Assembly: GCA_051294375.1 (NCBI GenBank)
Contig: CM119266.1
Location: forward strand, 27,357,017-27,421,016
Length of the DNA: 64,000 nucleotides
Reading direction: 5' to 3'
DNA from: Paraspadella gotoi
Taxonomy: Eukaryota > Animalia > Chaetognatha
The notes beneath the pieces are model-generated. The model saw only the letters and a program-made list of their open reading frames with translations, had not been told where the DNA came from and ran no database searches. How positions within the stretch are numbered: the first letter of the stretch is position 1; the number at the start of each line of letters is the position of its first letter. Shown here one piece after another: positions 60,402 through 64,000 of the stretch. Made by a program: the position numbers and the translations under genes.

Positions 60402-61524
60402 CCAAATTATGCCAATTGACAAAAATATGCCAGTTGACCAAATTCTTAAAGTTTACCAAATTATGCCAGTTGACCAAATTCTGCAAGTTGATCAAGTTCT
60501 GCAAGTTGACCAAATTATGCCTGTTGACCAAATTATGCCTGTTGACCAAATTATGCCAGTTGACCAAATTATGCCAGTTGACCAAATTATGCCAGTTGAC
60601 CAAATTAGGCCAGTTGATAAAATTATGCCAGTTGACCAAATTATGCCGGTTGACCAAATTATCTTAATTGATCAAATTATGTCAGTTGACCAAATTATGC
60701 CAGTTGACCAAATTATGTCAGTAGACCAAATTATGTCAGTTAACCAAATTATGTCAGTTGACCAAATTATGCAAGTTGATTAAATTATGCAAGTTGACCA
60801 AGTTAGCTTATTACCACTTAATTATCGATTGACCTGGAATTTTGTATGTGAGTAGAAAATGTGTGATTGAACAGGAAACCAAGTTTCGATGGAATCTTTT
60901 GAGTGGAAATGAGTTTAAATGGAAAAAAACGAAAAATCTGTTTCACTAATTGATTATGATTCTTTTTCCTTTTATATTAAATGTATATGCAGGATGTATT
61001 AATAAATCAAATAATTAATCAGTTAATTAATCAATTAGTCAATTAATTAATCAATAATTAATTAATCAGTCAATCAATCCGTCCATCCGTCCCACCTTAG
61101 CAAAAAGCTCCAATAACTCGTGATTGGCTGGTTGGATTAGAATGAAATTTTGTGTGTGAGATAAAGCTGGATATAAAGTTTCGACGGAATCGTGTGAGTT
61201 TAAGAGGAAAAAACATAAGTCGCATTTACTAAAATATTTCTACTTATTTTAACCAATAAGTACTATAATTAATCATAATTGGATGGATAGATTGAGTTCA
61301 AATTTTTTGTGTGGGTAGAAAAATATGTAACGATGCTTGATATAAAGTTTCGGTGGAAACGTACGAGTGGAAATGAGTTTAAATGAAAAAAATATTAGTC
61401 ACATTTACTTGAATCTTTTTACTTATTTTAACCCATAATAGATTAAGATGAAATTTTGTGAGCGGGTAGGAAAGTGTGTGAGAGAGAGAGAGAGCAAAAA
61501 ATGAGCATAAGGATCGTCGCAATT

Positions 61525-61588
<64 letters not shown>

Positions 61589-61727
61589 CAGAAAAATGAG
61601 CATAAGGATCGTCGCAATTGCAAAGAGAGAGAGAGAGAGAGAGAGCAGAAAAATGAGCATAAAAATTAGTCACAAAATGATGCAAGTTAAAAAAATCTTA
61701 AAAGCATAAAGATCGTCGCAATTGCAT

Positions 61728-61782
<55 letters not shown>

Positions 61783-62010
61783 AGAAGGAGATATAAAATA
61801 AAATAGAGGATATTTGTTTGTTTTGATAAAACGTAAACAAAACATATTTAATAACTGTCCTAACCCAATTTTAAGGACATCGATGATAAGTTGAATATAA
61901 ATTTAAAATTAATTATTACATATTAAAATTAATTAATTAATTAATCGATTAATTAATTAATTAATTAATTATCGTAGGCAGATACGACATTGTTTGCTCA
62001 AACTTGTTTA
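59602..62010 (+). mobile_element. HINE family A, nested plus-strand copy, itself containing family B 3' ends (about 61490-61915, minus)
   Basis: 5' palindrome at 59605, GTCY microsatellite at 59744-59800, 3' terminus at 61975-62010; internal subrepeats of roughly 120 bp. Confidence 0.7.
60395..60800. repeat. 18-bp minisatellite (gttgaccaaattatgcca)n, preceded by (GATT)n
   Basis: About 22 visible units. Confidence 0.92.
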
Positions 62011-62014
62011 AAAT

Positions 62015-62240
62015 TTTTTTTAACTCGTATAATTTTTTCAATTTACATCATTTTTACAATTTGCATCATTTTTTTTAACTAGCATCATTTTTTCAACTTG
62101 CATCATTTTTTCAACTTGCATAATTTTTTTAACTTGCATAATTTCTTCAACTTGCATCATTTTTTCAACTTGCATAATTTTTTCAACTTGCATCATTTTT
62201 TCAACTTGCATAATTTTTTTAAATTGTATCATTTTTTCAA
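62015..62240. repeat. 18-bp minisatellite (ttttttcaacttgcatca)n
   Basis: About 12 visible units. Confidence 0.9.
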
Positions 62241-64000
62241 ATTAATTAATTAATTAATTAATTAATTAATTAAAACATTTATTAGTAATCATAAATAAAA
62301 AAGATTCAAGAAAATGTGAATTATGTTTTTTCCATTTAAACTCATTTCCACAGGCACAATTTCGTCAAAACTTTATATCTCGCTTCTTCACACACTTTCC
62401 TTTTCAATCTATTAATTCAATTATGATTAATTCGAGTAATTATGGGTTAAAATAAGTAACATTGCAGGACTAACAAGATCGTGAAAACAAAAAGATTCAA
62501 GTAAATGTGACTCATATTTTTTTATTTAAACGTACGTTTCCACCGAAACTTTGTATCAAGCTTCGTCACACACTTTCCTACCCACACACAAAATTTCAAC
62601 TAAATCTATTCATCATTATGATTAAATAGAGTATTTATTGGTTAAAATAAGTAAAAAGATTTTTTAGTAAATGCAACTTATGTTTTTTCCATTTAAACTC
62701 ATTTCCACTCGTACGATTCCATCGAAACTTTATATCCAGCTTCATCTCACACTGTCCTACCCACACACAAAATTTCATTCCAATCTAACCAGCCAATCAC
62801 GAGTTATTGGAGCTTTTTGCTAAGATGGGACGGATGGACGGATTGATTGACTAATTAATTAGTTATTGATTAATTAATTGACTAATTTATTAATTAACTG
62901 ATTAATAATTTGATTTATTAATACATCCTTCATTTAGTGAAACAGGTTTTTTTTTTTCCATTTTAACTCATTTCCACTCAAACGATTCTATCGAAACTTG
63001 ATTTCCAGCTTAATCACACACTTCCCTACGCAAATACAAAATTTCAAGTCAATCGCCCTATCCACTCTTGAGTAATTGGTGTTCAAATAGTGAAATTTAT
63101 TTTTTTATTTTTTCCATTTAAACTCATTTCCACTCGGACGATTCCATCGAAACTTCATATACAGCTCAATCACACACTTCCCTACCCACACACAAAATTT
63201 CATTCCAATCCATCCATCCAATCACGAGTAATTTGAGTTTTTTGCTAAGTTGGAACGGACGGACGGACGGACGGACGGACGGACAGACAGACAGACAGAC
63301 AGACGGACGGACATCATTTTTTATTTATCATAAGTCGATGTTCTGACATGATATAAGTGAGTGCCCGACAAGATTGAGGGGGCGGACCGACGGACCGACA
63401 AAGTGAATTATAGAGTCGGGATCTGCTGATAAGAGTGAGAGATTCAGACTTAAGATTTTTTTATTTCGATATGGTTCATAAAAATTCAAATTTTACATAG
63501 TAAAAAGTCGATTATTAAATTTAAAATGATACATATAAAACGTCAATGACTTTTCTAACTAATAAAACAATCAGATTGAATGTACATATCTAAATACATA
63601 CAGAAATGGGAACGATTTTATTAGTGCCTTCCGTTCTAGGTCACGGGGTACATGATTCAAAATTTTCAGGCCTTCACGTTTGTTTTGTTATTATTTACGA
63701 CATGAACTCTTGACCTCGGAGCGAGAGAAAATATAAAGGAAATCAACAGTAGTATTCCCGTGAATGCTCCCTGCTCACTTTAACCCTAACGGTGACCTTT
63801 TGAACCTTGAATTAAATTGAATGTTTTTAAAATCAACTATATTTTCTTTTTCCATCATCAGATTATTTTACCATCTCAAACATGAGGTTTAAAATTCTTC
63901 TCTTCATCTCATTTTTCACCGTAATTTTCGTTTCCCTTTTGTTCGTCCACTTCGAGTTGAACTCCCGCGCGCCTCCTACGGCAGATCGACGCACACCAAA

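Larger units (their letters stand above)
59519..63432 (-). mobile_element. HINE family A, minus-strand copy containing a nested plus-strand copy
   Basis: 5' end at about 63432 with a GACG/GACA microsatellite at 63255-63310; 3' subTIR and stem-loop at 59519-59555. Confidence 0.65.

Noticed and set aside
60265-60783. Repetitive ORFs (VDQIMP)n and (NWHNLV)n
   Set aside because: Products of an 18-bp minisatellite inside a non-autonomous element; no splice or domain support.

Overview
Intron-containing genomic DNA from an invertebrate animal, with GC-rich exons, AT-rich introns and long (GA)n tracts. All calls were made by eye, so gene names rest on recognised protein motifs and no searches were run. 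The first 10 kb is a tightly packed same-strand cluster of translation/transcription genes: TCTP (3' part), RPL23, RPL15, RPL41, POLR1D and SUPT7L. It looks operon-like. Unpaired splice acceptors sit about 25-50 nt after upstream poly(A) signals, RPL41 lies inside a possible 5' intron of POLR1D, and only 20 nt separate the POLR1D stop from the SUPT7L start. Three introns of the cluster carry H/ACA snoRNAs whose guide pockets match 28S rRNA helix 69 and nearby domain IV sites: a U19/snR191-like RNA and two paralogous guides. The remaining genes are MAX, a TIR + Cbl-type EF-hand-like + HEAT gene, an intronless cGMP-dependent kinase, a class I PITP, a ZIP8/14-like transporter with altered TM4 residues, a PY-motif membrane protein and the 3' part of an ankyrin+EGF gene. 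Mobile DNA includes a decayed CRE-clade retrotransposon interrupted by a hAT-type MITE, Tc1/mariner-type MITEs, two nested families of Helentron-associated (HINE/DINE-1-like) elements, tRNA-derived SINEs, and Penelope-like fold-back insertions carrying minimal hammerhead ribozymes.
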